From Lama guanicoe (lineage: Eukaryota): 64,000 nt of DNA. Shown here piece after piece: positions 30,264-42,070 of this stretch (the first letter of the stretch is position 1; the number at the start of each line of letters is the position of its first letter). The stretch is from positions 6,841,824 to 6,905,823 of the forward strand of contig MU054391.1 in the NCBI GenBank assembly GCA_013239625.1. The letters run 5' to 3'. Both the position numbers and the translations under genes were made by a program. The notes below the pieces were generated by a model. It saw nothing but the letters and a program-made list of their open reading frames with translations. It had not been told where the DNA came from and did not search any database.

Positions 30264-30856
30264 CCCCTCCATGAAGCCACTCGTTAACCGTAGCACCCTG
30301 GGCAAGTTATTTCAACTCTCTGAGCCCCAGGTTTCTAACTTTATTCTGTTGAGACTTGACCATTATTAAATGGCAATCCATTATTACTTGCCTCCTTTCT
30401 CACCGGGGCAGGATGGGGTTCTCACCTGTCCCGTTGGCCTCCCCCTTTCACCCACAGGTGCCTGCTCCCCTGCATCCTGGCTGAGCGCTGGGCAGCGGGG
30501 TCAGAGACGTAGGTCAGCCACCCCGCCTCCTGCCCTGTGCCTGCTTCCAGAGCGGGGCTCACTGAGTCACTCACTCCTTCGCTCATTCTTTTGTCCTGTA
30601 GACATGAAATGGATGTAAACTCTGCCCACGAGGCTGTGCCAGGCCACAGAGGATGTGAAGACAAGTGAAACGTGGTCCCTGCCCTCAAGTGCACAGATCT
30701 TCACAGGACGCATGAGACCCTAACACATTTGTGAGCACAAAATGCCATGGGCTGGAGGGAGAGAGGCTGACATCCACCAGAAGCTTCTGGAAAGACTTCA
30801 TGTAAGGGAAGCCTGGCTGTCAAGCTCCCCAGAGGGTGTGGGGTTACTGCGCTCAC

Positions 30857-30987
30857 AGCCAGTTTGCAAACGTTTGTAGCTCATTTAACTGTGCCAAGGG
30901 CTCTCATGAAGCTGGACCTCGGAAGCAGAGGAAAGAGTGATCTGCGCAGGAAGATCTCCATCTCAAAAGCATTATGGGGTCCCCAAG
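30857..30987 (-). pseudogene. Exon relic, 131 nt, phase 1-0
   Basis: ccttccctaccactag acceptor, GCT|GTGAGC donor; WGPHNAFEMEIFLRRSLFPLLPRSSFMRALGTVK*ATNVCKLA. Confidence 0.65.
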
Positions 30988-31196
30988 CTAGTGGTAGGGA
31001 AGGAGCGGCCAGTAATCCAATGTAGTGAGAGTTACTGCACCGGCTGTTTCGTGGGAAGGGCGTGAGGTAAAGTGGGAAATGGCAGCTCAGCAACGGCCTT
31101 GGGGCGAAGCTCTGGCCTGTGGTTCACCTGCTGCTCTTCACCCGCTGGCCTGGGGGGTCCTGGTCAGGGGCCATCAGGCTTGTGAATTTCACATAC

Positions 31197-31322
31197 AACG
31201 AACGATTATTTTAAAAAACTGGATGGGGGGGATGTCTGACATGGGGTTGACAACATCTTATTTTGCCTCGAAAGAGCAGTAAAACAATTTCCAGTGTCAT
31301 CATTTCATAAAGTAAAAGGTAT
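31197..31322 (-). pseudogene. Exon relic, 126 nt, phase 1-1, acceptor AG lost
   Basis: Pyrimidine tract ending in AA, GTT|GTATGT donor; TFYFMK**HWKLFYCSFEAK*DVVNPMSDIPPIQFFKIIVR. Confidence 0.5.
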
Positions 31323-31654
31323 TTTTAAAACCAAAAAAGTGAATGAGTTTAATTTCTTGAAGAACTCACTACATCATCTGTATTCTTCTTATGGTGCTTC
31401 AGACCAAAAACACCATTTTTATGCCCTGACCCTAACTCCAAGACTAGCATTTGGGAAGCAAAGCTTAGAGGATCAGATAAATTTTCAAGTTCTCAGGTTT
31501 CAAGTTACATCCTAGGAACCAAACTTGCTGGTATATACTTTGCTTCTCCCTCAAACTGTCTCCCTGGGCTAAATCCACAGAGATGCAGAGGCTCAATGAG
31601 CGAGGCCATAGCCCTCCCTCCCATACCCAAGTCCCGCACTAAACCATGGCTCAC

Positions 31655-32070
31655 CTCTCCAAACGCATCCAAAAAGCCCACTGGGCCCGATGCACTTAGT
31701 GGAAGTGTTTATCTTCCCGCTAAGTCTCCGCCACAGCTTGTGTGGTTGGAAGACCGCCTCTGTGCTCCTGTTTTGTTGAGCTCTAATATGTGCTAACTCT
31801 GTACTTCCACCCCAGTTCAAAGGAGCTTTCCAACATCAATGATGCAAAGTGACACACTTAGGAATAAACTGTACCAGTTAAGCAGGGTGACTGGTCACCC
31901 GAGAGAAGCCCAGTGACAAGCAGAGAGCCTTGATTTCCCCGTATGTATGCATGGGACCACGTGGTCTCTAAGGGATCTCCTGGCTCTGACATCAGCAGCC
32001 CTAGAGCCAGCAATCCTAAAAGCTGATTACTATAAAGGGGTCCCAAGTTTGGGACTAAATTTCCTGGCAG
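31655..32070 (-). pseudogene. Exon relic, 416 nt, with frameshift
   Basis: gttccttcattttag acceptor, GAG|GTGAGC donor; LPGNLVPNLGPLYSNQLLGLLALG... then ...KCIGPSGLFGCVWR, phase 1 out. Confidence 0.55.
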
Positions 32071-33424
32071 CTAAAATGAAGGAACATATTGAGTTACACA
32101 GTTTTCTTTTTCTGACAGAAGAATGCATGCAAATCGATTTGCAAGAGCCCGAGATTCCCCTGGAATGAAGCTCCTGCCTAAACTTCCTCTGAGCATCCCT
32201 GTAAATGAGACACGGGGTTATTGAATGGCCGGTGGCTTCCACCACAATATTACACAAGACCTACGGATGCTGTTCAAACAGATGATGCTTGTAAGGTATT
32301 TCCAAAAGGGCAGAGGTCACCGGGAACATCGTAACTCAAGGAAGGCATTTCTGCCTTTGATGGCCCTGTACTCTTAGGACAAGGACAGGAAGGACCTGAT
32401 GAAAATGTTGCCTCACCTACATCTCAGAACCAGAGCAGAGTCCTCGGTGTGACTTTCCTGCAAGGACCCAGTGTCTCCATTTGTGGACTGTGGATGGCTG
32501 AATTTTATTTTAAGTAAACACACACACACACACACACTACATGTATGTACTTTTATATGTATATGTGTTTTTATGATTATGAAAATAGTACTGTGTTCAT
32601 TGTAGAAAATTTTGAAATGCAGAAAAGCATGGAAAAAAATTTTTAAAAAGATGCCAGTAACAGCAATTCAGAAAGGTAACCTTAGTTAGACCTTGCTATA
32701 CGTTCCTCTAGTCACTTACTACGTGAGTTACACCCCCATGTGCATATATCTGACCCCTTGGGTCATCCTCTGTCTTTTTTGTTTCTCTTAAGCTTTTTTA
32801 TTTAACAAGCTTTCTTTAAATACATTACTTAGAATACCAGTTTTGCAGGAATAAGTATTCCAGGAAGTAAGAGAAGTGTAGTCAAATAAGCTTGGGAAAT
32901 GCTGAGTTAAACAGTTATTTTTTCTTCTTCTGGCAGGGCTTGTTGGAGCTTTCATGTTCTAACATTATCATACATTTCCAAAACAAAGATATGGGTGCAA
33001 TAGTTAACTCTGGAACATTTTCTTGAAGGCATTATATAGAACTTGTGTTCTGAAAAGCACACGTAGGTAAAAGCACTTAACGTATCACGGTGTACCTTGT
33101 ACAAGTGTCAGCCATTAACAAGTAAGTAGCCCAGGGTCACACAGTGAGTTCTAGTTCTAGCCCCTGCGTGCCAGGTTGTCCAGAGATGAGGGATTCCTCA
33201 GCCAGCAGTCAAAGTCACCTATTCTTGTGAGCATGAATAAAAAAAATACAGAGAATAATGTAACAAATATCCAGGTGTCTACCACACAGCTTAAAAAAGA
33301 AAGCATTGCAAAGATAGTCCGAGCCTTCTGGGTCCTCCTGCCTCTCACGTCCGCTTCCTTCCTCACAGCGGTAACTGCTGACTTGAACTTGGTATTTATT
33401 ACTCCCAGTCGTGTTTTTGACCCC

Positions 33425-33885
33425 TGTTAGTTTGCCGGGGCTGCCACAGCAAAGGACCACAGGCTGGCCATCTTACACCGCAGAAACGTACTCACTCGCG
33501 GTTCTGGAGGCTAGAAGTCCGAGATCAGGACGTCAGCAGGGCTGAGTTCTTCTGAGGCCTCTCTTCTTGGCTTGTAGACGCCGTCTCCTCCCTGCGTCCT
33601 CTTTCCTTTGAGCATGCGCATCCCTGGTGTCTCTGTGTCCAAATTCCCCCTTCTTATAAGGACATCAGTCAGGTCGAGATCTGTCTTCCCTCTGTTCTTG
33701 TCTATGTTCCAATCTCCTCTTCTTATAAGGACGCCAGCCACACTGGACCCGGGCCACTGTCAAGATCTCATTTTAAATTAATTACCTCTTTGAAGTCTTT
33801 ATCTCCAAATACCGTCACATTCTGAGGTGCTGGGGGTTAAGACTTTAACAGATGAACTTTGGAGGGCACAAAGCAGCCCATCACA
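33425..33885 (-). mobile_element. MaLR solo LTR (MLT1B-like)
   Basis: gttctggaggctagaagtccgagatca...cttcttataaggac...gtcacattctgagg. Confidence 0.85.
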
Positions 33886-34160
33886 ACCAGCCACATGCTC
33901 ATTCTCCTGTGGCTAGACTTTTTTTTTGGCATTATAAACAATGCTGTAATGAGTATTCTCATATAAAACTCTGTCACATTTGCTAACTAGATTTGTGCGC
34001 ATGCCTAGGAGTGAGTTTATTTGGGTTAGTTATTGACTAGACCATCCTTTTCTTGTTGATCCATGTGTCAATTTGCCAAATAGACACAAGTCTATGTCTG
34101 AGTTCATCAGCTTGGGGGTCCATGGGTCTCTCTGGACCAATTCATGAAGGAGAGGGCCTC

Positions 34161-34578
34161 TGCTATGGGCTGACTTCTGTGACCCCCGCCCCGGCCCCAC
34201 TTCATATGTTGAAGTCCTAACTCTCTAGTACCTCAGAATGTGAACTAATTTGGAAACAGGGTCATTGCAGATGTAATTAATTAAGATGAGTTCATACTGG
34301 GATAGGGAGGCCCCTAATCCAGTATGACTGGTGTCCTTATAAAAGGGGGAAATTTGGACACAGACACACACAGGAGGATGCCATATGGAGAGGAAGGTGG
34401 CCATCTACAAGACAACAAGAGAGACCTGGAACAGATGCTCCCTCACAGCTCTGAAGAGGAACCAGCCCTGCTAACACTGTGATTTCGGGCTTCCAGCCTC
34501 CAGAACCGTGAGACAATACATTTCTGTTGTTCCAGTGCCCCCAGCGTGTGGTACTTGGTCATGGCAGCCCTAAGAAAC
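34161..34578 (+). mobile_element. MaLR solo LTR (MLT1B/C-like)
   Basis: tgctatgggctga...cctcagaatgtga...cttccagcctccagaaccgtgaga...atggcagccctaagaaac. Confidence 0.85.
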
Positions 34579-34888
34579 TGAGAGCCTCCATCTGCTTTTC
34601 GCTTTTGACCCTCCATCCCCATCTCTCTTCTGCAAAGCCAGAAATAACACAGGGTGGTAGTTAGGACATGTGGGTGTGTTCAGGACTGGCATTGCTGGAG
34701 AGCACTGCCAGTCACACCCTCTACCTCCAGCCCCACGATTACAGGAAAGTACAGAGCCGTGATATGCACCAGGACTCCCAGGCTCTGGGTTGAGTCCTCG
34801 ACCAGCCACAGATGGCCTGTGTGTCTTTGACAATTTGGTGAACGTCTCTGGACTTTAGTTTCCTCAGCTCTAAAATAAGGCTGTTAAA

Positions 34889-35085
34889 TGGGGGTTGCCA
34901 GGGTTTGAGGGGAAGGGGAGAATGGAGAGGCATTGTTTAGTGGATATAGATTTTTAGTTTTACAAGATGAAAAGAGATGGATGGTGGTGAGTATATTTAA
35001 GACCATGGATCTGTAACTTTAAAATGGTGAAGAAGATGGCAAATTTTATGTTATGTAAATGTTAACGTATTAAAAAAAATTGGTG
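34889..35085 (+). mobile_element. L1 3' end (L1MB-like)
   Basis: ggttgccaggg...ttaaaatggt...aaattttatgttatg; TSD aaaataaggctgtta. Confidence 0.8.
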
Positions 35086-35435
35086 GAAAAATAAGGCTGT
35101 TAGGCTTGGGATGTTCCAACTATTCTGCTTATAACGTAGCATTTTAGATCATCAGGAATAAAAATGTTCTGCTGCCTCCCACTCTGCAAACTTGGGTGGC
35201 AAAGATGATTTCAATTCTCCTAATTATCTTGGTCATGGATGGTTCTGTCTCATCCTCAAGATGGTTTGTTTTTTTTTAATAATTTGAGCTTCTGCTGGTT
35301 TTACAGATGGTTATCTGTGAAAATCCGTCTATTGTAAGACTGTCTGTGTATGTGTGTGTTGGCGGGGGTGGGGGGTGTTGTACGTGTGTGTGTGTGTTTT
35401 GGAATTGCTTGTAGTAGCTGCTTGCCTGATTTCAC

Positions 35436-35710
35436 AAGGATGCTGTCTGGCCAGTGTCAGGATGACTAAGTCCCGAAAGAGTTTGGCCAGATTTGAACCA
35501 GAGCCCCAAGTAATGTATATAAATCTTCTGTATCCTTAGACCATGGGTAATGGAAATCATCAGACGCTGAGCAACTGGTGTGTTCCAAAGGGTTCAGAAC
35601 TGAATGTTGGTTCTCTGGTTCCCTGCCTGGCATCTGGCCTTCATTAGGCCAGAAAAAACAGTTTATAGCCCTTCTGGTTGGAACAATAATTTTTACAATA
35701 TTCATGGTGC
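35436..35710 (-). pseudogene. Exon relic
   Basis: ctttctctctaataaccactcag acceptor, weak GTGAAA donor; an ~80-codon open frame, and an alternative frame RFIYITWGSGSNLAKLFRDLVILTLA. Confidence 0.45.
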
Positions 35711-36070
35711 CTGAGTGGTTATTAGAGAGAAAGCCAGCCAACTAAACATGTCTGCACCCTGGCTGTTTGTCATGGGTGGTGCCAGCCACATGTGTTAGCT
35801 TTTCAATCTTGCATCAGCTCTGTAAAGCAGGTGTTATGATTGTTGTTTTCAGATTTAGCTCAGAGAGGCTCAGAGACTTTACCAAGCTCACACAGCCAGC
35901 AGAGCCTGGGTTCAAATCCAGGTTTTCTGACTCCTAGACCAGCATTCTTTTGCTTTTGCTTTCCTCAATGCTGCCTACCCAGTTTTGGTGACAGATCTAC
36001 TTGTTAAAATTTTATTTCTAAGGAAAGGAAAAAATTTATTTCTTAGTTCAGCTGAATTTTGAGCTCCTAC

Positions 36071-36240
36071 GCCTCTGTGGGTTAATGCCTTTCACACAGT
36101 AAGATACTGCTTCTGTGTTTGACCTGCTGGTTATACTCTGTGAGGACCCAGGCTGCAGATGTAGGTACTTCATAAACATGAGTTCAGAGGATTCCTTCAG
36201 GGTATCACCGTATGTGCCCTGCCCACCCTACAGTGCCCCC
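36071..36240 (-). pseudogene. Exon relic
   Basis: Pyrimidine tract ending ttttcaacag acceptor; GAL*GGQGTYGDTLKESSELMFMKYLHLQPGSSQSITSRSNTEAVSYCVKGINPQR. Confidence 0.5.
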
Positions 36241-36987
36241 CTGTTGAAAAGGGGGACATTACTTACAATTCTTTGGTTGAAAGTAACAGAAATAATGACC
36301 TAATTTAACAACAACAGAAGCAAGAAGGGGAAGTTTATTTTAAAATGTTTCACCAAACCTAAGGTCAGAAATGCTGCCAAGACCCCAAAAGGGCTCAGAT
36401 GCATGATCTGGGACCTCTGTCTCTGAATGTGCGCATCAGTGTGCGTGCATGTGTGTGTGGGGATACGTGTATGCACATACATGTTTCTGCACGTGTATCA
36501 ACATGTGCACACTCTGGATTAAGTGCCTCACAGTGGCAAATTGCCAATTGTTCACTCTAGGCTTTGTATATGAGAAGTTTAGCCACGTCAAGATACTAAC
36601 TGAACTCTTTCTTGGACCCAATCCAGAATTCCTGGGAGATACAATTTTATTGGTGAGTTTTGATCAGATACTAACTTCTATTATAACTGATGCAATTAAT
36701 TGTTGCAATTAGGCATGGATACTGGGGAGAATCATGAAGTGCAAACCTGCTGCCCGGACCCAACCCTGTGGATGTGATCGACAGCCCCAAAAATGGGTGC
36801 TCCCAGCCAGCCTTGGAGATCACGCTGTAACCAGTTTTAGCTAAGCAGCTCGCTTTGCTGTCTGATCTGGGTAATGACGGTTAGACTGCAGGTTAAAATC
36901 ATTAAGCCCTTCTCCTCCCCTGCACTGCATATGAGGCAACCAAGGAAACTGTTCCTGAGCTCACCTGAGTGCAGAACCCTGTCTTAC

Positions 36988-37005
36988 CTTCATGGAGCAC
37001 ACAGC
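36988..37005 (-). pseudogene. 18-nt micro-exon candidate
   Basis: cttttgttaatcctccattag|GCTGTGTGCTCCATGAAG|GTAAGA. Confidence 0.4.
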
Positions 37006-38281
37006 CTAATGGAGGATTAACAAAAGAGGTGAGAAGACAACAAACTGAAATATGATGAGACTCTGTGTTCGAAAAGAAAGGCTACCGGTTATTGAATGAC
37101 TGTTCTGTACCAGGTGTTTTATATATCATCTCTAAACTTCAGAACACATTTGTCAGGAGATATTATTATATGCCCATTTTAAACATCAGAAAATTGATGC
37201 TCCAGGAAGTTAATTACTTAATCCAAAATCACCACATTGGTAGTAAGTAACAAAATTTAGTTCCAAAGCCAGTAGTCTTCCCAGAACCATGTATCACCTT
37301 CTATATAACTCACAGATTACACAAATAGAACCTTAATAATTCATAAATTGTATGATTCAGGAATGCCATTAGAGGCTACGTGATGCCAAAACCATTCAAA
37401 GAAACACTGAAGCAGTCTGTCAGGCATCAGCAGCCCAGACTTTAGTCTAGACTGATTCCCAGTAATTTATGGGATGGGAAGACTTCACTAAATTAATTCC
37501 CTCTTCCTGTTTTGTGCTGATTAATTTCCTTGACCATCATCCAGATGCTTGTGTTGACTTGGTCCAGGCTTATGGTGCAAACCAGGAGTGACACGGGGAA
37601 GGAGGAGGGCTTGGGTACTGTGCTTTCAGGGTCTCTGATTGAGGCAGGGAAGGAGGGAAGCCCTGACCAGTGGTCGGTGTGTCTCCTGGGCCAGATAGGG
37701 TGGGGGAAGTGGAAATGGCACTGAATTTCGAGCCCAAATAGCTGGCTTTTCGCTCTAGTACTGATTCTTAACAATGCTGGGACTCAGGCAGAGTCACTCC
37801 CCGTCCCTGAGCTCCAGCATCCTCATCTTTAAAATGGCCTTATTAAATCTGACCTGCCTCCCTCTGCATTGTAGCAATAATAGTTATTACTGTGTGGCAA
37901 TCACAGTTACCACGGAACAATAATGGTTAGAATTTACTGGCACTTCCGTTTACTTTCCTCACAACCCTAAGATCTCTATCCTATTAATAGCCCCATTTTA
38001 CAGACTTGGCCACTAAGAGCTCAAAGGATGAACTAATGTGCCCCAAACCAAGTCTATCTGGACCCAGAGCTTGGCCTCAGTAGTCTATCACTTGTCACAT
38101 TGTCATTATTGCCCTGCAAGGCCCTAATCAGGAAGCCGGGGGTGTGACCCGTGCAGAGTGGGAGTAGGGGAGGGGACAGATACTTTGAGCCCAACTGCTT
38201 TACCTTCCCCATCATCACCAAGGAAACAAGCTCACCCTTGCTGTTGCCATGGAAACCATCTGAGCTCTCTCTTTCTCTCAC

Positions 38282-38452
38282 CTTCACCATGGAGACAGCC
38301 AACCGGAAAACAGCTCCTGGAGTGGGAGGAGGTCCCCACAGAGGGAGAGGGGAGAGCTTGTCTCCAGATATTCCTTTGTTGCCTGCGAGGCAGCATCCAG
38401 TAGAAGCCCAGGACTGGAAATTCCCACTCTGTTGAGGAATGTGGAGGCATTC
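38282..38452 (-). pseudogene. Exon relic, 171 nt symmetric
   Basis: tttgtatttctacgcaactccag acceptor, AAG|GTGAGA donor; NASTFLNRVGISSPGLLLDAASQATKEYLETSSPLSLCGDLLPLQELFSGWLSPW* (another frame is fully open). Confidence 0.55.
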
Positions 38453-38869
38453 CTGGAGTTGCGTAGAAATACAAAGTCAAAGCCAGGATGTCCCTGGGGA
38501 AACATAGGTTAAAAGAATTGTTTTCTGAATTTATTTCTAGAGGCTGCCTTTCCTTTTGTCATCCATTGTCCAGATCAAAGGAAATTCCCAAATTTTCATG
38601 TCTCACTAACACTGAAAATCTATCTGGCCAGGTCTTCTCTTTGTCTAACTTTGCTCCCAACCTGCTGGGTAACTTTGGGCAACTCAGCTACCTCTCCCTG
38701 GTACCTGTCAAATGAAGCGGATGGGCTAGCTTAGTGGCTCTCAAGACGTCCTGATTTCCAGACCGGAACAAGTTCTTTTAAAAACATGAGGATCCAACCT
38801 AGGTTGCCAGGCTTTTATTTTGCAAGATAAGGACATAAAAATTTTAAAAACTGTGTTTTATCTCCAGAG

Positions 38870-39115
38870 GAAGGATGGTGCGATGGCAAAGTGTGGGCAG
38901 TGAAGTCAGACCACCCAGCTCAGGTCCTGACTCCACGACATCCTCCTGCAGGACGTGTGCCGACTTGATCTCCACGTCTCAGGTTCTTAGGAAGTAAAAC
39001 TGGATTCATAAAACCATCTATCTCTTCAGGTCCTTGTGGTGATTGAGACAAATTGCACAAGGCTTTTAGCACAATGCCCAGCACAATGGCAATACTCAAG
39101 AAATGCTAACAAATA
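38870..39115 (+). mobile_element. MIR SINE, near full length
   Basis: gaagtcagacc...ttgtggtgattga...ttagcacaatgcccagcaca. Confidence 0.7.
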
Positions 39116-39885
39116 TTATCACTGTCACCATCATTTTGTAAAGGAGACTTTAACCACCAATAAAGCAAAAGGTAAAAAAGAATCCAGTCTAAGCCAAAAG
39201 GACAGTGCTTATACGGGATACATTTAGCTTTTGGGAAAAGTCACCCTATTGTCCTCATCAGCACTCCAGGCCATCAGGGTGGACCTGAGAATCCCTGTAC
39301 TCCGTGGTATTTAGGTTCTTTCTGCTCTAAGAGGCAATGCTTTTATAATTATTAACAGCCCTGATTAGCCACAGGAGTGTCCAGGGGCCCATAGCCAAAG
39401 GTGAGTGATAAATCAGGTGCCTTTAGTGGCCATCCTGATCCCAAGGCGGGCCCGGCTCCACACAGCAAGGACCTCTCTGTGCGGGGCTGGACTGTTCACG
39501 AAACCAGGAAGCACAGATGCGCCTCTCTCGCTAGCCTCCTCCCTGTCTCTGCTGTGACCTCAGGGTTAAGCCACACTGGCAGTTAACTGAGGTCCTAGAG
39601 GCCTGGTCTGGGACACAGAGTCTCTCACTGCCCCTGTTTTGTCCTCCTGCTAAAGCTGTTTGGTCCGGTTCCCATGCGGCTATCCCAACCACACCCGTGT
39701 CCCCGCCCTTGGCTGCTGCAGGGACGCCCAAGGCCCTCCAAGCCGAAGCTGTGTGCTATTAGCTGTGTCCACCACTCTCTGTAAGCCGAGTCCGTTGTCT
39801 GCCATTCTTAGCCCTGGGACAGCCTCCCCTACCATCAGCCCTGGCCTACTGAGAAGTATGATCACCAAATCTCTTAGTGATACTT

Positions 39886-40425
39886 AGGTTGCCAGATAAA
39901 AACAGGATGTCCAGTTAAATTGGAATTTCAGGGGGAAGGATATAACTCAAGTGGTAGAGCGCATGCTCAACATGCACGAGGTCCTGGGCTCAATCCTCAG
40001 TACCTCCTCCAAATCTAAATAAATAAATAAACCTAATTACCTCCCCCTCATAAAGCAAGCAAAAATTTGAATTTCAGAGAAACAATAAATAATTTTTAAG
40101 TATAAGTATATCCCAAACATCACATGGGATATACTCATACTTAAAATGTACTCCTGTACACATTGTGCTTGTACACATTATTCTGCACCCCACTACCCAC
40201 ATCCGCTGCTACTTTTCAAAAGCCTGAATCACTGCACTGTTTGGATTTTCCCACAGCTGGAACATTCTTCCAACTCACTACCAGGGAAAATTTTATAGCA
40301 GTGGGGTTGCCGAATTACATACAATATTTGGGACGTACTTATACTAAGAAAGTATTCACCGTGTATCTGAAATTCAAATTTCACTGGATGTCCTACATTT
40401 TTATTTGCTCAGTCTGGCTGCCCTC
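39886..40425. mobile_element. MER53-like palindromic hAT MITE pieces (39886-40145 and ~40301-40425)
   Basis: ggttgccagataaaaacaggatgtccagttaaatt...tataagtatatccca and its reverse complement tgggacgtacttatact...ctgaaattcaaatttcactggatgtcct. Confidence 0.75.
39931..40064 (+). mobile_element. Camelid-type SINE inserted into MER53
   Basis: TSD aaatt(g/t)gaatttcag. Confidence 0.9.
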
Positions 40426-40439
40426 CTCTCACTATCACA

Positions 40440-42070
40440 TGCCAGACGGCCTTGGTGAATGAGGTGTCCTCTGAGCCTTCCCATAGAACATAATTCTCTG
40501 GCAGGTTTTTTGGCCTCACAGAATATGTCCATTCTGGCATCCCACTTCCCTACACCTTTTAATCACTTTCTCTACCGTCTGCTGTGGTGGTTCAGCCACT
40601 TCAGCTTTGCCCAGCTTGGTCCAGGCTTTCTCTAGGCTACCAGTGAGTTACATCGTTCCCATGGGTTCTTTCCATGTATTAAATCCTGATTCCTAGTCAG
40701 TCATCTGTCCTTTATCCAGTCTTATGTCCCAGCTCCTTTGATCGGGCACCTCAACTTCCAGGTATCTGTTCTCCTCCAGCTCTCATTGGTATGTGTCAAC
40801 TAATTCTCACCGCATCTTTGGCTGGGGGCGGGAGGCAGGCATCCTCTTCCCTCCTCATCAGGCCCCGGATGCCCCGAAGGTTATGCAGCAACTTAGTCCC
40901 AGTTGTAGGCTTGACAGCCAGAAAGGAAGGGGAGGCAGGTCCCCAGTGGGGCCCTGCAGTCTTGGAGGGTGGAGAAAGTACGAGCTCTTAATAGGAGAAG
41001 TGGGCCACCCTTGCCAGCTTTGAGGGGTCAGAGGGGTCTTGGGAACCGAAATTATCAAGAGCATCCACCCAGATGACTTCGCTCATGTTGTTTCCAACCA
41101 GGGACCTGACTTCGGCATAACAAACCTGCTTTGTCTGCGTAGTCAATCATCTGTGAAGCTCGGCGACTCAGACCACTTAGTCCTGAGTTTCAGCTTTGGC
41201 TTTTCCTCCTCTCCCATCGCAGGAGACAAGGGCCTTTCTGGAGCTCCCTAAGTGTCCTTTTGGCCTTCGTATTTAGATTTCTATTGCTTGTTAGCTGTGC
41301 TCAGTTTTCCATCCTCTCCCTCTAGCAGGTCAGTACAATCCAGAGACACCAGTCAGTTCCACTCTCTTTATGCAAGTCATTCTGCTCCCCTCTGCCTGCA
41401 CCCCTCCGCCCCTTTCGAAGGCCTGAATCATTGCACTGCTTGTGTCTTCCTGCCATAGAGCGTTCTCCCCAGTTATCAGTGAAACTCATAGCTGTTGGTT
41501 GCCACCTTCTTCCAGGGTCCCTCTGTGCCCCATATACCCCCTGGGACGGAGCCCTCAGGGCAACTGATTAAGTCCCCAAACCATCTCTTACCGCCTGCTT
41601 TCTCAGAGCACAGCGGGGATCAACAGAGTCAGTTCCAGTCATCCTGTACACAGAGCTGAGTCAGAGTTAGGCGTGCTGGAGGCTTACCAGGGGTGATGCC
41701 TGTTAAAGTGATCAGCGGAAGAAGCAGGAATGTGCAGGAAGGCTACACTTCATACCATAATAGAAATCTGAAACCCATGAAAAGAAAGCAAGAAGAAGCA
41801 GAACAGGCATGCAGAGACGCAGACTAGAATGCCAATCTGACGAAGTCCTGCCCAACCCAGTAGGCAGCGGGGATGTGAGGATGGCCCGTTGGAAGAGTCC
41901 CCCACTGGGCAGAAATGGCCAGCTGCCTCGTTAGCTGAAGGTGCCTGGGAGGAGTGTGGTCTCGGCTCAAACCCCATGGCAGATCCTCAAGATACTGTGG
42001 CTGGAGGATCTCAGCTAACTGCCCTCCTTGCAGCTGACCGACATACTCTTCTCCAAGGCACATCTGAGAG
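40440..42070 (-). mobile_element. ERVL-class provirus remnant: LTR16-like LTR (~41640-42070) plus internal gag fragment
   Basis: Minus-strand translation near 40440-40800 gives DIRLDKGQ...GFNT...EVAEPPQQTVEKVIKRCREVG...WEGSEDTSFTKAV, resembling ERVL gag; the adjacent sequence has LTR16 motifs. Confidence 0.7.

Noticed and set aside
41039..41251. Plus-strand ORF with IHPDD (PAS-like) and SDH (endonuclease-like) motifs
   Set aside because: It lies antisense within the ERVL internal remnant; the short motifs are likely chance.
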